Positions 1 to 11,404 of a stretch of 64,000 nucleotides of DNA are shown in pieces. The first letter of the stretch is position 1. Each line of letters starts with the position of its first letter. Source of the DNA: Campylobacter sp. (lineage in GTDB: Bacteria; Campylobacterota; Campylobacteria; Campylobacterales; Campylobacteraceae); the NCBI GenBank assembly GCA_022775765.1, contig JALFKC010000055.1, forward strand, positions 3,051 through 67,050, given 5' to 3'. The notes beneath the pieces were generated by a model, which had not been told where the DNA came from, made no database searches, and saw only the letters and a program-made list of their open reading frames with translations. The translations under genes were made by a program, and so were the position numbers.

Positions 1-766
1 TTATAAAAAAGGCGATATTTAACTCATGTGGTCTTGTGAGTGTTGAGATTTTAAGTTTATCAAAGATTTCACTAACTATATCTTTTGAGTAGAAATTTAA
101 GAGATTTTTAAATAGCGTTTTTCTAGGCTGGCTAAAAGCCACTTTCAAAAAACTCTTAAATTCATCATATGAACTATTGTCAAATTCATAGAATCTTTGG
201 TCAAATTTCTCTATCATCATAACTGCTGAAGTTACTTTTGGGGGCGGATTAAACGCCTCTTTTCCTATGTCAAAAAGTATCTTTGAGTTAGAATTTAAAT
301 TTGCCAAAATAGAAAGCGAACTAAATTCTTTTTGCATAGGAGTTGCACAAAATTTAACCGCAACCTCTTTTTGAACCATCACTATCATAGCTACACAACT
401 CTCATCCTCTAAAGCTTTTAGGATTATATTAGTTGCTATATAGTATGGTAAATTTGCTACCAAAATATATTTTTTATCTGATAAATTTCTATCTTTCCAT
501 ATATCCAACACATCACAAGCGACAAGTTTAAATCTATCGCAAGCTATCAAGTCTGCAAATTTATCTTTTAATATCTCAACCAACTCTTTATCTATCTCAA
601 AGGCGGTTGTTTTTGCAATCTTTACAAGCTCTTGTGTTAAATCACCTAAGCCAGGCCCAATTTCTACGATATTATCGCTATTTTTGGGTATCGCTTGGAT
701 GATTTGTGAAATCACAGATTTATCTATCAAAAAATTCTGTCCGAACCATTTTTTTGCTTTAATCAT
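1..766 (-). CDS. rsmA: 16S rRNA m6,2A dimethyltransferase RsmA/KsgA (3' end runs off the window)
   Basis: Manual translation from ATG at 766: MIKAKKWFGQNFLIDKS...GPGLGDLT...VANLPYYIA...AFNPPPKVTSA...RPHEL. Not in the ORF track because there is no stop in the window. Confidence 0.93.
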   Translation of the reverse strand, partial: MIKAKKWFGQNFLIDKSVISQIIQAIPKNSDNIVEIGPGLGDLTQELVKIAKTTAFEIDKELVEILKDKFADLIACDRFKLVACDVLDIWKDRNLSDKKYILVANLPYYIATNIILKALEDESCVAMIVMVQKEVAVKFCATPMQKEFSSLSILANLNSNSKILFDIGKEAFNPPPKVTSAVMMIEKFDQRFYEFDNSSYDEFKSFLKVAFSQPRKTLFKNLLNFYSKDIVSEIFDKLKISTLTRPHELNIAFFI

Positions 767-853
767 TCCTCGATTTTATCCAAAATTTACTTATATATAG
801 CTTTACCTTATCATTAAGTTTATTATAGTAAAATACAGTTTTAAGGAGAATTT

Positions 854-1636
854 ATGCAAAATATCAAAAACCCACAAAACCAAACCATCACCAAACGCAT
901 AATTCCCTGTCTTGATGTATTTAATGGCAGGGTTGTTAAAGGGGTAAATTTCGTCAATCTCATCGACGCTGGCGATCCAGTAGAGAGTGCTAAACGCTAC
1001 AACGATGAAGGTGCGGATGAGCTGACATTTTTGGATATTAGTGCTACAAACGAAGAGCGAAAAACTATTGTAGAAGTTGTGCGAAATGTCGCTAAAGAGT
1101 TATTTATACCACTTTGTGTAGGTGGCGGAATAAGAACGGTTGATGATGTCTGGGCTTTGCTTGATGCGGGCTGTGATAAGGTGAGTATAAACTCAGCTGC
1201 CATCAAAAATCCAAATTTAATTACAGAAATAGCCTCTAAATTTGGCTCACAATGCGTTGTTGTGGCTATTGATGTCAAAAAAATTGATAATGATTATAGG
1301 GTTTTTACTCACGGTGGCAAAGTTAGTAGTGGCATAGAAGCACTCTCTTGGGCAAAAAAAGTTGAAAATTTGGGGGCTGGAGAGATAATGCTAACTTCTA
1401 TGGATAAAGATGGCACAAAAGATGGCTACGATATTCCTATAACCAAAGCTATGAGCGAAATGCTTCAAATCCCTATAATTGCAAGCGGTGGGGCTGGGAA
1501 TATGACGCATTTTAAAGATATATTTGAAAATGGTGCGGACGCGGCTTTGGCAGCTAGTGTGTTTCACTTTGGCGAGATAAGGATAAATGAACTCAAAAAT
1601 TATCTATCCCAAAACGGCATTGAAGTAAGAATTTAG
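854..1636 (+). CDS. hisF: Imidazole glycerol phosphate synthase cyclase subunit
   Basis: [45 protein letters not shown]; AAGGAG RBS upstream. Confidence 0.97.
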   Translation: MQNIKNPQNQTITKRIIPCLDVFNGRVVKGVNFVNLIDAGDPVESAKRYNDEGADELTFLDISATNEERKTIVEVVRNVAKELFIPLCVGGGIRTVDDVWALLDAGCDKVSINSAAIKNPNLITEIASKFGSQCVVVAIDVKKIDNDYRVFTHGGKVSSGIEALSWAKKVENLGAGEIMLTSMDKDGTKDGYDIPITKAMSEMLQIPIIASGGAGNMTHFKDIFENGADAALAASVFHFGEIRINELKNYLSQNGIEVRI

Positions 1637-1647
1637 GATGAAAAATT

Positions 1648-2187
1648 ATGATAGTTTGTGCTGGTAGGAGTGAGATTTTTGATTTTGCGACCCCTATTGG
1701 GGTGGGGCTTGTGGATAGTGCGATAAATTTAACCACCCTACTTTTGGATAAAAAGCCCAAAAATATTTTGTTTGTTGGGACGACTGGGCTTTATAGAGAT
1801 GGAGAAATTTTGGGAATTTATGAGAGTTCATCGGCTGTTCAGCACGAAATTTCAGAGATAAATTCACAGAGCTATTCGCCTATTTTTAGCGATTTAATCT
1901 GTAATGTTTCACGTGAAACATTGGTTGTAAATTCATCAAATTTTATAACTACAGATGAAATTTCTGTTGCAAAATTTGCAAAACTTGGCTATTTTATGGA
2001 AAATATGGAGTTTTATTCTGTTGTGCAAGTTGCTAAAAAATTTGAGATCCCTTGCCTTGGACTATTTTGTGCAACAAATTTTTGTAACTCTTTAGCTCAC
2101 GATGATTTTATCAAAAACCACCAAGTTGCAAAAGAAAAACTTGAAATTCATACAAAAAAGAGAGGTTACCTTGAAAAATTTCTTTAA
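1648..2187 (+). CDS. Purine nucleoside phosphorylase / MTA-SAH nucleosidase-like protein
   Basis: [28 protein letters not shown] motifs; lies upstream of rlmN as in C. jejuni. Confidence 0.75.
   Translation: MIVCAGRSEIFDFATPIGVGLVDSAINLTTLLLDKKPKNILFVGTTGLYRDGEILGIYESSSAVQHEISEINSQSYSPIFSDLICNVSRETLVVNSSNFITTDEISVAKFAKLGYFMENMEFYSVVQVAKKFEIPCLGLFCATNFCNSLAHDDFIKNHQVAKEKLEIHTKKRGYLEKFL
1905..1920. other. parS: parS centromere-like site (ParB/Spo0J binding)
   Basis: Exact TGTTTCACGTGAAACA; the palindrome extends to 1903-1922 and reads NVSRET in the CDS. Confidence 0.9.
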
Positions 2188-3235
2188 TTTAACCAAAAAA
2201 GAGCTTGAAGAGCTAGTAAGTCCAAAATTTAGAGCTACACAAATTTTTGACTGGGTCTATAAAAAATACGCCACTGACTTTTTACAGATGTCAAATTTAC
2301 CCAAAGATTTACAAGAAAATCTCTCGAATTTACTCTTTCTTGATCCACTAAAAGAGATTAAAAAAGAGATTAGCAAAGATGGAAGTATCAAATATCTTTT
2401 TGAATTAAAGGATAAAAACACCATTGAAACCGTGCTTTTGCCGATGAAAGAAGAGATTAATGAAAATGGGAAAACCGTCTCTCACGCTCGTTATACGATA
2501 TGTGTTAGCTCACAAGTTGGCTGTAGAATGGGCTGTGCGTTTTGTTTGACTGGCAAAAGTGGGTTGATTAGAAACCTAGAACCAGGTGAAATAATAGCAC
2601 AAGTTTGGCACCTCAAAAAAGACAACTCAATCCCATATGAAAGACGCGTAAATATCGTCTATATGGGAATGGGCGAACCGCTTGATAACTTTGAAAATCT
2701 GACAAAAGCTATAGAGATTTTCAAAGAAAATGATGGTCTTTGTATTGGTGCAAGGCGTCAAACTGTCTCTACAAGCGGCCTTGCTTCGCAGATTAAAAAG
2801 CTTGGGCAAAAAGATTTAGGAGTGCTTTTGGCAATCTCTCTTCACGCTGTAAATGATGAGCTTAGAGTAAAACTTATGCCTATAAATCGTGCTTACAATA
2901 TAAAAGCGGTGATGGATGCGGTAAAGGAATTTCCTATAGATATGCGAAAAAGAGTGATGTTTGAATACCTTGTGATGGATGGTCTAAATGACAGCTTAAA
3001 AGACGCAAAAACTTTGGTAAAACTGCTTCACGGAATAAAGGCAAAGGTCAATCTGATATATTTTAATCCGCACAGTGGAAGCGAATTTGGTCGTCCAAGC
3101 GAAGAAAAAATGGTGGAATTTAGAAATTTTTTGCAAGCTCACGGCGTAACCTGCACTATCAGACAGAGCAAAGGCCTTGACATAAGTGCGGCTTGCGGAC
3201 AACTCAAAAATAAGGAAGAAAATGCCAGCTCTTGA
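2171..3235 (+). CDS. rlmN: Dual-specificity RNA methyltransferase RlmN (radical SAM)
   Basis: [33 protein letters not shown] at 2171 follows AGAGG; the ORF-track start at 2102 is probably too long. Confidence 0.96.
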   Translation: MKNFFNLTKKELEELVSPKFRATQIFDWVYKKYATDFLQMSNLPKDLQENLSNLLFLDPLKEIKKEISKDGSIKYLFELKDKNTIETVLLPMKEEINENGKTVSHARYTICVSSQVGCRMGCAFCLTGKSGLIRNLEPGEIIAQVWHLKKDNSIPYERRVNIVYMGMGEPLDNFENLTKAIEIFKENDGLCIGARRQTVSTSGLASQIKKLGQKDLGVLLAISLHAVNDELRVKLMPINRAYNIKAVMDAVKEFPIDMRKRVMFEYLVMDGLNDSLKDAKTLVKLLHGIKAKVNLIYFNPHSGSEFGRPSEEKMVEFRNFLQAHGVTCTIRQSKGLDISAACGQLKNKEENASS

Positions 3236-3332
3236 TATGATACAATATATAATCATCGCCATAGTTTTTGTTGCAGCAATTGCTACGATAATATATGTCA
3301 TTATTAATGACAAAAAAAACGGCGATTTGTAG
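3222..3332 (+). CDS. Small hydrophobic single-pass membrane protein (36 aa)
   Basis: AAGGAAG RBS; [36 protein letters not shown]; overlaps the rlmN 3' end. Confidence 0.65.
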   Translation: MPALDMIQYIIIAIVFVAAIATIIYVIINDKKNGDL

Positions 3333-3746
3333 ATGAAATTTATACAATTTACCTGCAAATTTCATAGAAATTCTGCTTAAATTTGCTTATAAATTTTAAG
3401 CAGATTTACTGTTTTTGTTACTCAAATTCACCCTATCTTAATTATTCAATCTTTTAAAACAGATAAATGGGCGTGAGATTTAAGCTCAAACTCGTCTCTC
3501 ATTTAGTGGTGACTAATCCCCTTTTGGCTCGGTTATAGTCCAAAGCTTTTGAATACGTGGGCTAAGTATTGTGAGACATTTGTGGCTGATAGAGATGAGG
3601 GATGATGGCAAATTTAACTGCGATTATCGTAGGCTTATTTGCTAAAATCCACCAAATTATGAGAGCTTTATCTTAAGCAAAACTAGCAAAAAAGCTAAAA
3701 ATTTAAAGATGGTAAGAGAGATAAAACTTTGGACCAGAATAGAGAG

Positions 3747-4347
3747 TTAAATACCAGTGGCGTTGCCAATATAAATAAGGGGTACAAAGACTGCTATCGC
3801 AATAACAAGCACTTTAATATCATATCACCAATTATCGCCTATGTAGTGGCGACCAGTATTGTAAATTTTTCTTCACCAAAAGCTTTAACAATAGAAAGTG
3901 CAATAATGCTACTTATAAGGGTTATAGTAAGACTTTTAAAAACAAAAGCTGTTACTATAGCAGTAATACAAAAAGCTACTGTGCCATTAAAAAAAGATGG
4001 TTTATAGAGCTTCAAAAGTATGATAGACATAACAGTCACAGCAAACGCTGCACTGCTTTGAGTTGCAAACATTTTCTTAACTACTTTCATATAGTTTTAT
4101 TAAATCTAAATAGCTTAAAAAATAAGCTTAAAAATTCCATATATATAAGCAAAAAAATACCAAAAATTGCAGAAATAGCGAGTTCAAAACCTTTTTTAAC
4201 TCTCATTTCTCCTTTAGTAGTTGGATAAAGTTCAGGGAAAAGCTCTTTTTCTCTAGCAATTTTGCCTTTTTTGATAATAGACAAGCATCAAAGAAAAGTT
4301 ATAAACATATCGACACTGCCCAAAAAGCCAAAGCTGACATATATCAT
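3747..4347 (-). pseudogene. Fragmented membrane-protein gene(s)
   Basis: Successive hydrophobic fragments in shifting frames with internal stops (MIYVSFGFLG..., MRVKKGFELAISAIFG... after AAGGAG, ...VLVIAIAVFVPLIYIG). Family not recognised. Confidence 0.35.
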
Positions 4348-4662
4348 CTAAGCCCCTTTCATATAGTTTAATGCACAAATTATACACTAAAAAAGGTTAA
4401 AATGTAAAAGATTATAAATGGACAAAAAATAAACTTATTTCTAATTGCATAAATTCATTAAGTTTTAGCCGCTTCAAAAACAGTAGAATTAAAAAAACCT
4501 CTAGCCGTTATACTGCAAGTGGCAAACCAATAAAATAGAGCAACTATTTGATAATTTTACAAATAAATTGTTTGAGATAAATCCTAAGATAACAAATTAA
4601 ATTCTTAAATTTAATCAATATATTTTCAAACAATTTAAAAGTAATAATTTAAACGCCCACCA

Positions 4663-5568
4663 CTACACACTAAGCGATTTTAAAAATTCATCTCTATAAT
4701 CCATCTTAGTTTTTATACAAAATTTTTCACCCAAAAACTCAAATTCTAGCTCACTAGCATGCAAGCACAATCTGCTTGCACTGGTTTGTTTCACTCTATC
4801 AATAGGCGAAATTCTCTCATCCATTATGGTCTCGACCGTCTCTTTGCTAACGCCATAAAGTGGATCGCCAATTATGCGATGTTTCACGTGAAACATATGC
4901 AGACGAATTTGGTGCTGACGCCCAGTTAGCGGGATACATTTAAGCAAACTAGCGTCAAATTCATCAAAATACTCTACCAATTCAAAACGCGTGATCGCTG
5001 TTTTACCATCATCTCTGATACGCATTCTTACCTTGACATCGTCATTCTCAAAAGAGCTTCCAATCTTAGCATTCACTTCAAATTTTTCATCTACCCTACC
5101 CTGAACCAAAGCATAATAGCTTTTTTTGACTAGCTTTTTTTCAAACATAGTTTTGAGTAAATTTTGAGCCTTGGCATTTTTAGAAACGAGTATCACGCCA
5201 CTAGTTTCTCTATCTAGTCTATGAGCTACGCAAGCATTTTTATCATATAAATTCCAAATTTCATCATACAGCGAGTATTTGCAATGCCTGCCGTTTGGAT
5301 GGCTCAAAACGCCACTGGGTTTATCAAAAACAGCAAAATATTGATTATCAAAAATAGGCAAAATTTCTCTTGGATAACATTTATAATCAATTAGATAAAT
5401 TTCACTAGCGATTTGATTTTTTTCAGTGATAGTATTACCAGCAAAACTCTGCACCCTGCCCTTGTCGATAATCCGCTGAGCTTGGGGCATTGTATAGCCA
5501 TTTTGCATTAGAATTTTATAAATTTTTGTTGGTTCTTTTGAAGTAATTTTAAACTTTTCATAAGCCAT
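4663..5568 (-). CDS. RluA/RluD-family 23S rRNA pseudouridine synthase
   Basis: DKPSGVLSHP, HRLDRETSG, TGRQHQIRLH, IIGDPLYG, LCLHA. Confidence 0.94.
   Translation of the reverse strand: MAYEKFKITSKEPTKIYKILMQNGYTMPQAQRIIDKGRVQSFAGNTITEKNQIASEIYLIDYKCYPREILPIFDNQYFAVFDKPSGVLSHPNGRHCKYSLYDEIWNLYDKNACVAHRLDRETSGVILVSKNAKAQNLLKTMFEKKLVKKSYYALVQGRVDEKFEVNAKIGSSFENDDVKVRMRIRDDGKTAITRFELVEYFDEFDASLLKCIPLTGRQHQIRLHMFHVKHRIIGDPLYGVSKETVETIMDERISPIDRVKQTSASRLCLHASELEFEFLGEKFCIKTKMDYRDEFLKSLSV
4880..4895. other. parS: parS centromere-like site (ParB/Spo0J binding)
   Basis: Exact TGTTTCACGTGAAACA; reads MFHVKH in the pseudouridine synthase frame. Confidence 0.9.
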
Positions 5569-5646
5569 TATTAACCTACTTTTTATACATATTTTTATAT
5601 AATTTATAGCTTAATTATACAAAATTTTACTGAAAAAGGCTACTTG

Positions 5647-6975
5647 ATGGTTGAGAGATACGCACGAAAAATTATGAGTGATAAATGGAGTATTCAGGCT
5701 AAATATGATGCTTGGCTTGAAGTTGAAAAGGCCGCTGTAAAGGCGTGGAACAAGCTTGGTTTTGTAAGCGATATAGATTGCGAAAAGATAGTCAAAAACG
5801 CCAAATTTGATGTCACAAGAATAGATGAGATAGAAAAGACCACAAAGCACGATGTCATCGCATTTTTAACAAGTGTGAGTGAGAGCTTGGGAGACGAGAG
5901 TAGATTTGTGCATTATGGTATGACAAGTAGCGATTGTATCGACACTGCGACGGCTTTGCAAATGCGTGATAGCCTAGAAATCATCATTGCTGATATTAAA
6001 GAGCTTCAAAATGCTATCAAAAAAAGAGCAAACGAGCATAAATTCACTCTGATGGTAGGCAGAAGCCACGGAATTCACGGCGAACCGATAACATTTGGGC
6101 TAGTTTTAGCAATCTGGTATGATGAAATTTCACGCACACTTGAACTTATAAAACACGCCAAAAAAGTCATCAGCGTCGGCAAAATCAGCGGTGCGATGGG
6201 AAATTTCGCTCACGCCCCACTTGAACTTGAAGAGCTAACTTGTGAGTTTTTAGGTCTTAGCCCAGCACCTGCGTCAAATCAAGTTATCCAAAGAGATCGC
6301 TACGCACAGGTTATCACTGCGATTGCCCTGTTAGCTAGTTCGTGCGAAAAAATCGCCGTTGCAATTCGCCACTATCAAAGAACGGAAATTTATGAAGCAG
6401 AAGAGTTTTTCAGCCCTGGTCAAAAAGGATCGTCCGCAATGCCGCACAAAAGAAATCCAGTTCTTAGCGAAAATGTCACAGGACTTTGCAGAATGCTACG
6501 AAGTTACGCCACTCCTGCGATGGAAAATGTCGCACTTTGGCACGAAAGAGACATCAGCCACAGCTCGGTTGAAAGATTTATCCTACCTGACGCGTTTATC
6601 ACGGCTGATTTTATGCTCTCTCGCCTAACTGGGCTAATTGATAAACTCTTAATTTATCCTGAAAATATGATGAAAAATCTAAATCTCACAGGCGGACTTG
6701 TTTTCTCGCAACGCGTCTTATTAGAACTGCCTAAAAAAGGCGTTAGTAGAGAAAATGCGTATAAAATCGTCCAAAGAAATGCAATGAAAGTTTGGGCTGA
6801 TTTGCAACACGGCAAACCTGCGATTGACGGAAACAGTCATAGCCTATTTTTGCAAAATTTACTAAATGATGATGAGCTTAAAAGCTATCTTAGTGATGAT
6901 GAGATAAAATCGTGCTTTGATTACGATTACTACACCAAAAATGTAGATAAAATTTTTGCAAGAGTGTTTAAGTGA
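5647..6975 (+). CDS. purB: Adenylosuccinate lyase
   Basis: MVERYARK start, TKHDVIAF, GSSAMPHKRNP signature. Confidence 0.97.
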   Translation: MVERYARKIMSDKWSIQAKYDAWLEVEKAAVKAWNKLGFVSDIDCEKIVKNAKFDVTRIDEIEKTTKHDVIAFLTSVSESLGDESRFVHYGMTSSDCIDTATALQMRDSLEIIIADIKELQNAIKKRANEHKFTLMVGRSHGIHGEPITFGLVLAIWYDEISRTLELIKHAKKVISVGKISGAMGNFAHAPLELEELTCEFLGLSPAPASNQVIQRDRYAQVITAIALLASSCEKIAVAIRHYQRTEIYEAEEFFSPGQKGSSAMPHKRNPVLSENVTGLCRMLRSYATPAMENVALWHERDISHSSVERFILPDAFITADFMLSRLTGLIDKLLIYPENMMKNLNLTGGLVFSQRVLLELPKKGVSRENAYKIVQRNAMKVWADLQHGKPAIDGNSHSLFLQNLLNDDELKSYLSDDEIKSCFDYDYYTKNVDKIFARVFK

Positions 6976-7181
6976 GTAAAAATTTATCACGCAATAAACG
7001 AAGCGTTTTTGTTAGTCAAAAGATAGAAATTCAGCTAAAAAAGCTCACTTTAAAAGCACAAAGCGTTTGGATTAATAAAGTAAATTTAGCAGTGCAAAAG
7101 TACTCTAAATTTATCATCCAAAAAACAAAAAGCGTAATTATTTTGAATAAATTTATCTTAATTAATAGTGCCAAAATCTAA
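6972..7181 (+). CDS. Possible small basic hypothetical protein
   Basis: GTG start overlaps the purB TGA (GTGA); no recognisable motif. Confidence 0.25.
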   Translation: MSKNLSRNKRSVFVSQKIEIQLKKLTLKAQSVWINKVNLAVQKYSKFIIQKTKSVIILNKFILINSAKI

Positions 7182-7241
7182 AAACATCGTAGCAAATAAT
7201 TTAAATAAAACTTGCTTAAAATATAAAATAAAGAGGTGTAA

Positions 7242-9623
7242 ATGAAAGTAATAAAACGAAACGGTAGAACCGAAGAATTAGATATATCAAAAATCAAAAA
7301 ATACACAACTTCAGCTGTTGAAGGCCTTGAAAATGTAAGCCTTAGCGAGCTTGAGGTGGATGCGAAAATTCAATTCCGCGATATGATAACCACTGAAGAA
7401 ATTCAGCAAACTTTAATAAAAACCGCAGTTGATAAGATAGATGTGGACCGTCCAAACTGGACTTTTGTGGCTGCAAGACTCTTCTTGTATGATCTTTATC
7501 ACAAAGTCACCGGGTTTAGTGGATATAACTCTTTGCAGGAGTATTTTAAGCGTGGTGAAGAAGCGGGCCGTATAGCCCTTGGCGTCAAAGAAAAATATGA
7601 CCTTGAAGATTTAAACTCATATATAAAGCCTGAACGAGATTTGCAATTCACCTATCTTGGCATTAAAACTCTATACGATAGATATCTCATCAAGGACAAA
7701 AATGCAATGCCAATTGAACTTCCTCAGCATATGTTTATGGCGATTGCGATGTTTTTGGCTCAAAATGAGATGGATTCACAAAGCTGGGCGAAGAAATTTT
7801 ATGACATAATCAGCAAATTTGAAGTTATGCCGGCTACCCCTACTCTTTCAAACGCTAGAACAACTCGTCACCAACTCTCAAGCTGCTACATTGGTTCAAC
7901 CCCTGATAATATTGAAGGGATTTTTGATAGCTACAAAGAGATGGCACTTCTGTCTAAATTTGGCGGCGGTATCGGCTGGGATTGGACGAAGGTTAGAGCG
8001 ATGGGTGGAAGCATTGATGGGCACAAAAACGCGGCTGGCGGGATTATACCGTTTCTAAAGGTGACAAATGATATCGCAGTTGCGGTTGATCAACTAGGCA
8101 CTAGAAAAGGTGCAATCGCCCCATATATCGAGCCTTGGCATATGGATGTGAGCGATTTTTTGGATCTTAGGAAAAACTCAGGCGAAGAAAGACGCAGAAC
8201 ACACGAGTTATTTCCGGCATTGTGGATAAATGACCTATTTATGAAACGCATCGAAAACAACGAAAAATGGACGCTTTTTGATCCTGCGGATGTGAGTGAT
8301 TTAAGTGATTTATATGGTGAAGAGTTTGAAAAACGCTACGAAGAGTATGAAAATGACCCAAAAATTCCAAAAAATATAATGATGGCAAAAGAGCTTTGGA
8401 AAAAGGTTTTGACAAACTATTTTGAGACCGGGATGCCGTTTTTATGCTTTAAAGACAACGCCAATAGAGCCAACCCAAACTCGCATGTAGGAATAATTAG
8501 AAGCTCAAATTTATGCACTGAAATTTTCCAAAATACAGAGCCAAATCACTATAGTATAAAAGTAACATTTGAAGATGGTGAAGTTAGGTATTTTGAAGAG
8601 GATGATATCCTAACAATAGATGGTGGATACACCAAAAAAGCCAAAAAAATTACCTCTCTTGATAGCCTTGATGGCAAACAAGTCTATATCGTAGAAAAAG
8701 GCGTCAAGGATGGCAAAACCGCAGTTTGCAATCTAGCGAGTATAAATTTAAGCAAAATTCACACCAAAGAAGATATCGCTAGAGTTGTGCCAATTGCAGT
8801 AAGAATGCTTGATAATGTCATCGAGCTAAACTTTTACCCACATATCAAGGTTAAGCACACAAATTTAGCTAGCCGCTCTATTGGGCTTGGCGTGATGGGT
8901 GAAGCTCAAATGCTAGCCGAACAAGGAATAGAGTGGGGAAGCTACGAGCACTTTGAAAAAATCGACGCGATAATGGAAAACATAAGCTACAACGCCATCT
9001 ACACCTCATCAAATTTAGCCATTGAAAAAGGCGTGTATCCGGACTTTGAGGGTTCAGCGTGGAGCAAGGGAATTTTCCCAATCGATAGAGCAAAAGATGA
9101 AGCAAAGGCTCTAACTAGTAGATCAAATCTCTTTGATGATAATATCTGCGACTGGGAAAAACTAAGGCAAAAAGTCAAAAAAGATGGTATGCGAAACGGC
9201 TATTTGATGGCGATTGCACCGACTTCTAGCATCAGCATTTTGGTTGGAACCACCCAAACAATTGAGCCAGTGTATAAACGCAAATGGTTTGAGCAAAACT
9301 TAAGTGGAATGATCCCTGTTGTGGTGCCAAATCTAAGCCCTGATACTTGGGCGTATTACACCCCAGCCTACGAAATCGACCAAACCCTGCTCGTAAAAGC
9401 CGCTGCTGTTAGGCAAAAATGGATAGATCAAGGCCAAAGTCTAAATATCTTTATGAGCCTTGATAAGGCAACTGGTGGGCACCTTAGCCAAATTTATATG
9501 TTAGCGTGGAAGCTAGGGATCAAATCCACTTACTATCTAAGAAGTGAAAGTCCAGCTAGCGAACATTTAAACAGCAAACCAGCCACAATGGATAGAAGTA
9601 TAGAGTGTGAGGGTTGTCAATAA
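7242..9623 (+). CDS. nrdA: Ribonucleoside-diphosphate reductase class Ia alpha subunit
   Basis: N-terminal ATP cone (KVIKRNGRTE), PATPTL, SSCY, SNLCTEI, VCNLAS, APTSSIS, STYY, C-terminal CEGCQ. Confidence 0.97.
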   Translation: MKVIKRNGRTEELDISKIKKYTTSAVEGLENVSLSELEVDAKIQFRDMITTEEIQQTLIKTAVDKIDVDRPNWTFVAARLFLYDLYHKVTGFSGYNSLQEYFKRGEEAGRIALGVKEKYDLEDLNSYIKPERDLQFTYLGIKTLYDRYLIKDKNAMPIELPQHMFMAIAMFLAQNEMDSQSWAKKFYDIISKFEVMPATPTLSNARTTRHQLSSCYIGSTPDNIEGIFDSYKEMALLSKFGGGIGWDWTKVRAMGGSIDGHKNAAGGIIPFLKVTNDIAVAVDQLGTRKGAIAPYIEPWHMDVSDFLDLRKNSGEERRRTHELFPALWINDLFMKRIENNEKWTLFDPADVSDLSDLYGEEFEKRYEEYENDPKIPKNIMMAKELWKKVLTNYFETGMPFLCFKDNANRANPNSHVGIIRSSNLCTEIFQNTEPNHYSIKVTFEDGEVRYFEEDDILTIDGGYTKKAKKITSLDSLDGKQVYIVEKGVKDGKTAVCNLASINLSKIHTKEDIARVVPIAVRMLDNVIELNFYPHIKVKHTNLASRSIGLGVMGEAQMLAEQGIEWGSYEHFEKIDAIMENISYNAIYTSSNLAIEKGVYPDFEGSAWSKGIFPIDRAKDEAKALTSRSNLFDDNICDWEKLRQKVKKDGMRNGYLMAIAPTSSISILVGTTQTIEPVYKRKWFEQNLSGMIPVVVPNLSPDTWAYYTPAYEIDQTLLVKAAAVRQKWIDQGQSLNIFMSLDKATGGHLSQIYMLAWKLGIKSTYYLRSESPASEHLNSKPATMDRSIECEGCQ

Positions 9624-9651
9624 ATTTATAGCCAAATTTGGCTATAAATTT
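9622..9651. terminator. Perfect 30-bp palindrome after nrdA (probable terminator)
   Basis: AAATTTATAGCCAAA|TTTGGCTATAAATTT at the nrdA stop. Confidence 0.7.
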
Positions 9652-10058
9652 GTGTGTTTGCAATAAAATCTTATCTCGGGTATAAATTAAAAGTGTCATC
9701 TATCTGAGTAAATTTACAATGATATTTGCAAATACTTTTATATCCAAAGAGCGGTTTTTGCAAAGTATTTTTAAAATGGTAGCTAATAGATAGAGTTTAT
9801 GATGGTTTCTAAAGCTCAAAAGCAAATGGTTTAAGGTTGCAAAATTAACTGGCATATTAATTGCGATAAAGGATTATTTTAAAATAAATCGGCAAATTTG
9901 TGAGTTGATTTTGGTAGTTTTTTATGTCAAATTTACTCTTTTACACACATAATTGCTATAATATTTTGCATTCGTTTGTATGATAAAACAATATAAATTT
10001 AGCAGTATTGATAGCAACTGGTAAATAGCCACCATCAACAAACTACTAAATTTATCTC

Positions 10059-10574
10059 TTATAAGCTTTTTATAAACTTAACATACTCTTTAGCGTTTTC
10101 ATCAAGTTTATCTTGACTATACTCACTCTCAGCACCATAAAATGCGTGAATTCCAGCAAATTTGCTACTGCAATAATACGCAGTGCTTTCAAAACAAGAT
10201 AGTAGCTCACTTAAGCTTCTGTGTCTAGCAAAGCCATCTTCATCCGCACCAGCACTCACTGCAACGGCTAGTTTTTTATCTCTTAGGACAGGATTTTCTA
10301 CACCATAAGCCCAACCAAAAGTTAGCACATCATCTAGCCATTTTTTAAGAAGTGGTGTCATACTATACCAAAATAGTGGAAACTCAAAAACTAAATTTGA
10401 GCTATTTTCTATCAAATTTTGCTCTTTTTTGATATTTATTTTAAAGTCAGGGTATTTGCTGTAGATATCGTTGATTTCGATACTATCAGAGTGCTTTTGA
10501 AGCTCTTTAATCCATCTTTTATTGATTTTTGAGTTAGTCATATCTGGGTGAGCTAAAATAACAAGTGTTTTCAT
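10059..10574 (-). CDS. NAD(P)H-dependent oxidoreductase, flavodoxin-2 fold (KefG/YwrO-like)
   Basis: LAHPD, FPLFWYSMTPLLKKWLDDVL, GWAYG, SAGA. Confidence 0.9.
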   Translation of the reverse strand: MKTLVILAHPDMTNSKINKRWIKELQKHSDSIEINDIYSKYPDFKINIKKEQNLIENSSNLVFEFPLFWYSMTPLLKKWLDDVLTFGWAYGVENPVLRDKKLAVAVSAGADEDGFARHRSLSELLSCFESTAYYCSSKFAGIHAFYGAESEYSQDKLDENAKEYVKFIKSL

Positions 10575-11404
10575 GATTTTCTCCTAAAGTGAATTGCTAA
10601 TTGCTCTTAGTATAGCCAAAAAGGTAAAATTTCATTTAAATTTTATAATATAATAAAGATTATATGGTCTTAGCTATGATTTTATTACTTATATGTGTAA
10701 GATTATTTTGGTTTTCGTAGGTCTTAAACTCAAGGACTAAATAGCTAAATTTAACCTTTTAGCCTTTTAATTATAAAGAGATTTTGGATATGCAAATAGA
10801 TGAGTTCAATGAGTTTGTAGAGATTTCAAAAGAGATTTTAAAGGCTAGAGGTCCTCTTTAGAATGCCACTCTTTTCTTATGTATTTACTATGCCAAACCC
10901 CCATTACTACATAGTTCCAAAAGGCAAAAGCGGCATAGTCTACACCAAAAAGGATATGTGGAAAAATAGCAAAAATTATACAAAAAAATGCTGGAAAAAT
11001 GGCATTTCAAAGAATATTTTAATCATATTATCTCCTTATTTTTAGGGTATTTTACCACAAAAGGGATAAAAATGGCTAATGAGATTAAAAAACTTTTAGG
11101 AGTAGAAATTTTTAGAGATATTATTCATTATTGCTAGTTGTAAAAAAGATTTCATAAATCCAAAAAATAGCATACAACAAAAAGCCAATAGTTGGATAAA
11201 TCACAATAAGAAGCAAAGCAGAGGTAAAAATTTGTCAATGATTGTATAGAGCCCATAAGCCCTACTGGCTCATCAATATCATAAAAGTTTGATTAAATAG
11301 ATATCAAACTATGGTTTTGAAAAATAGTTAAGTCTTAAGCGTAGTGCTTTAGTCGCAATATAAAATCCCAAAGCACCACGCTAAATTGAGTATAAATTTC
11401 AAAT

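Noticed and set aside
2102-2170. Longer rlmN start given by the ORF track
   Set aside because: It overlaps the upstream gene heavily; TTG at 2171 has an RBS and gives a typical N-terminus.
10790-11045. Possible AraC-like regulator remnant divergent from the flavodoxin-fold gene
   Set aside because: The fragments look gene-like, but no HTH or diagnostic motif could be recovered; counted only as generic decay.
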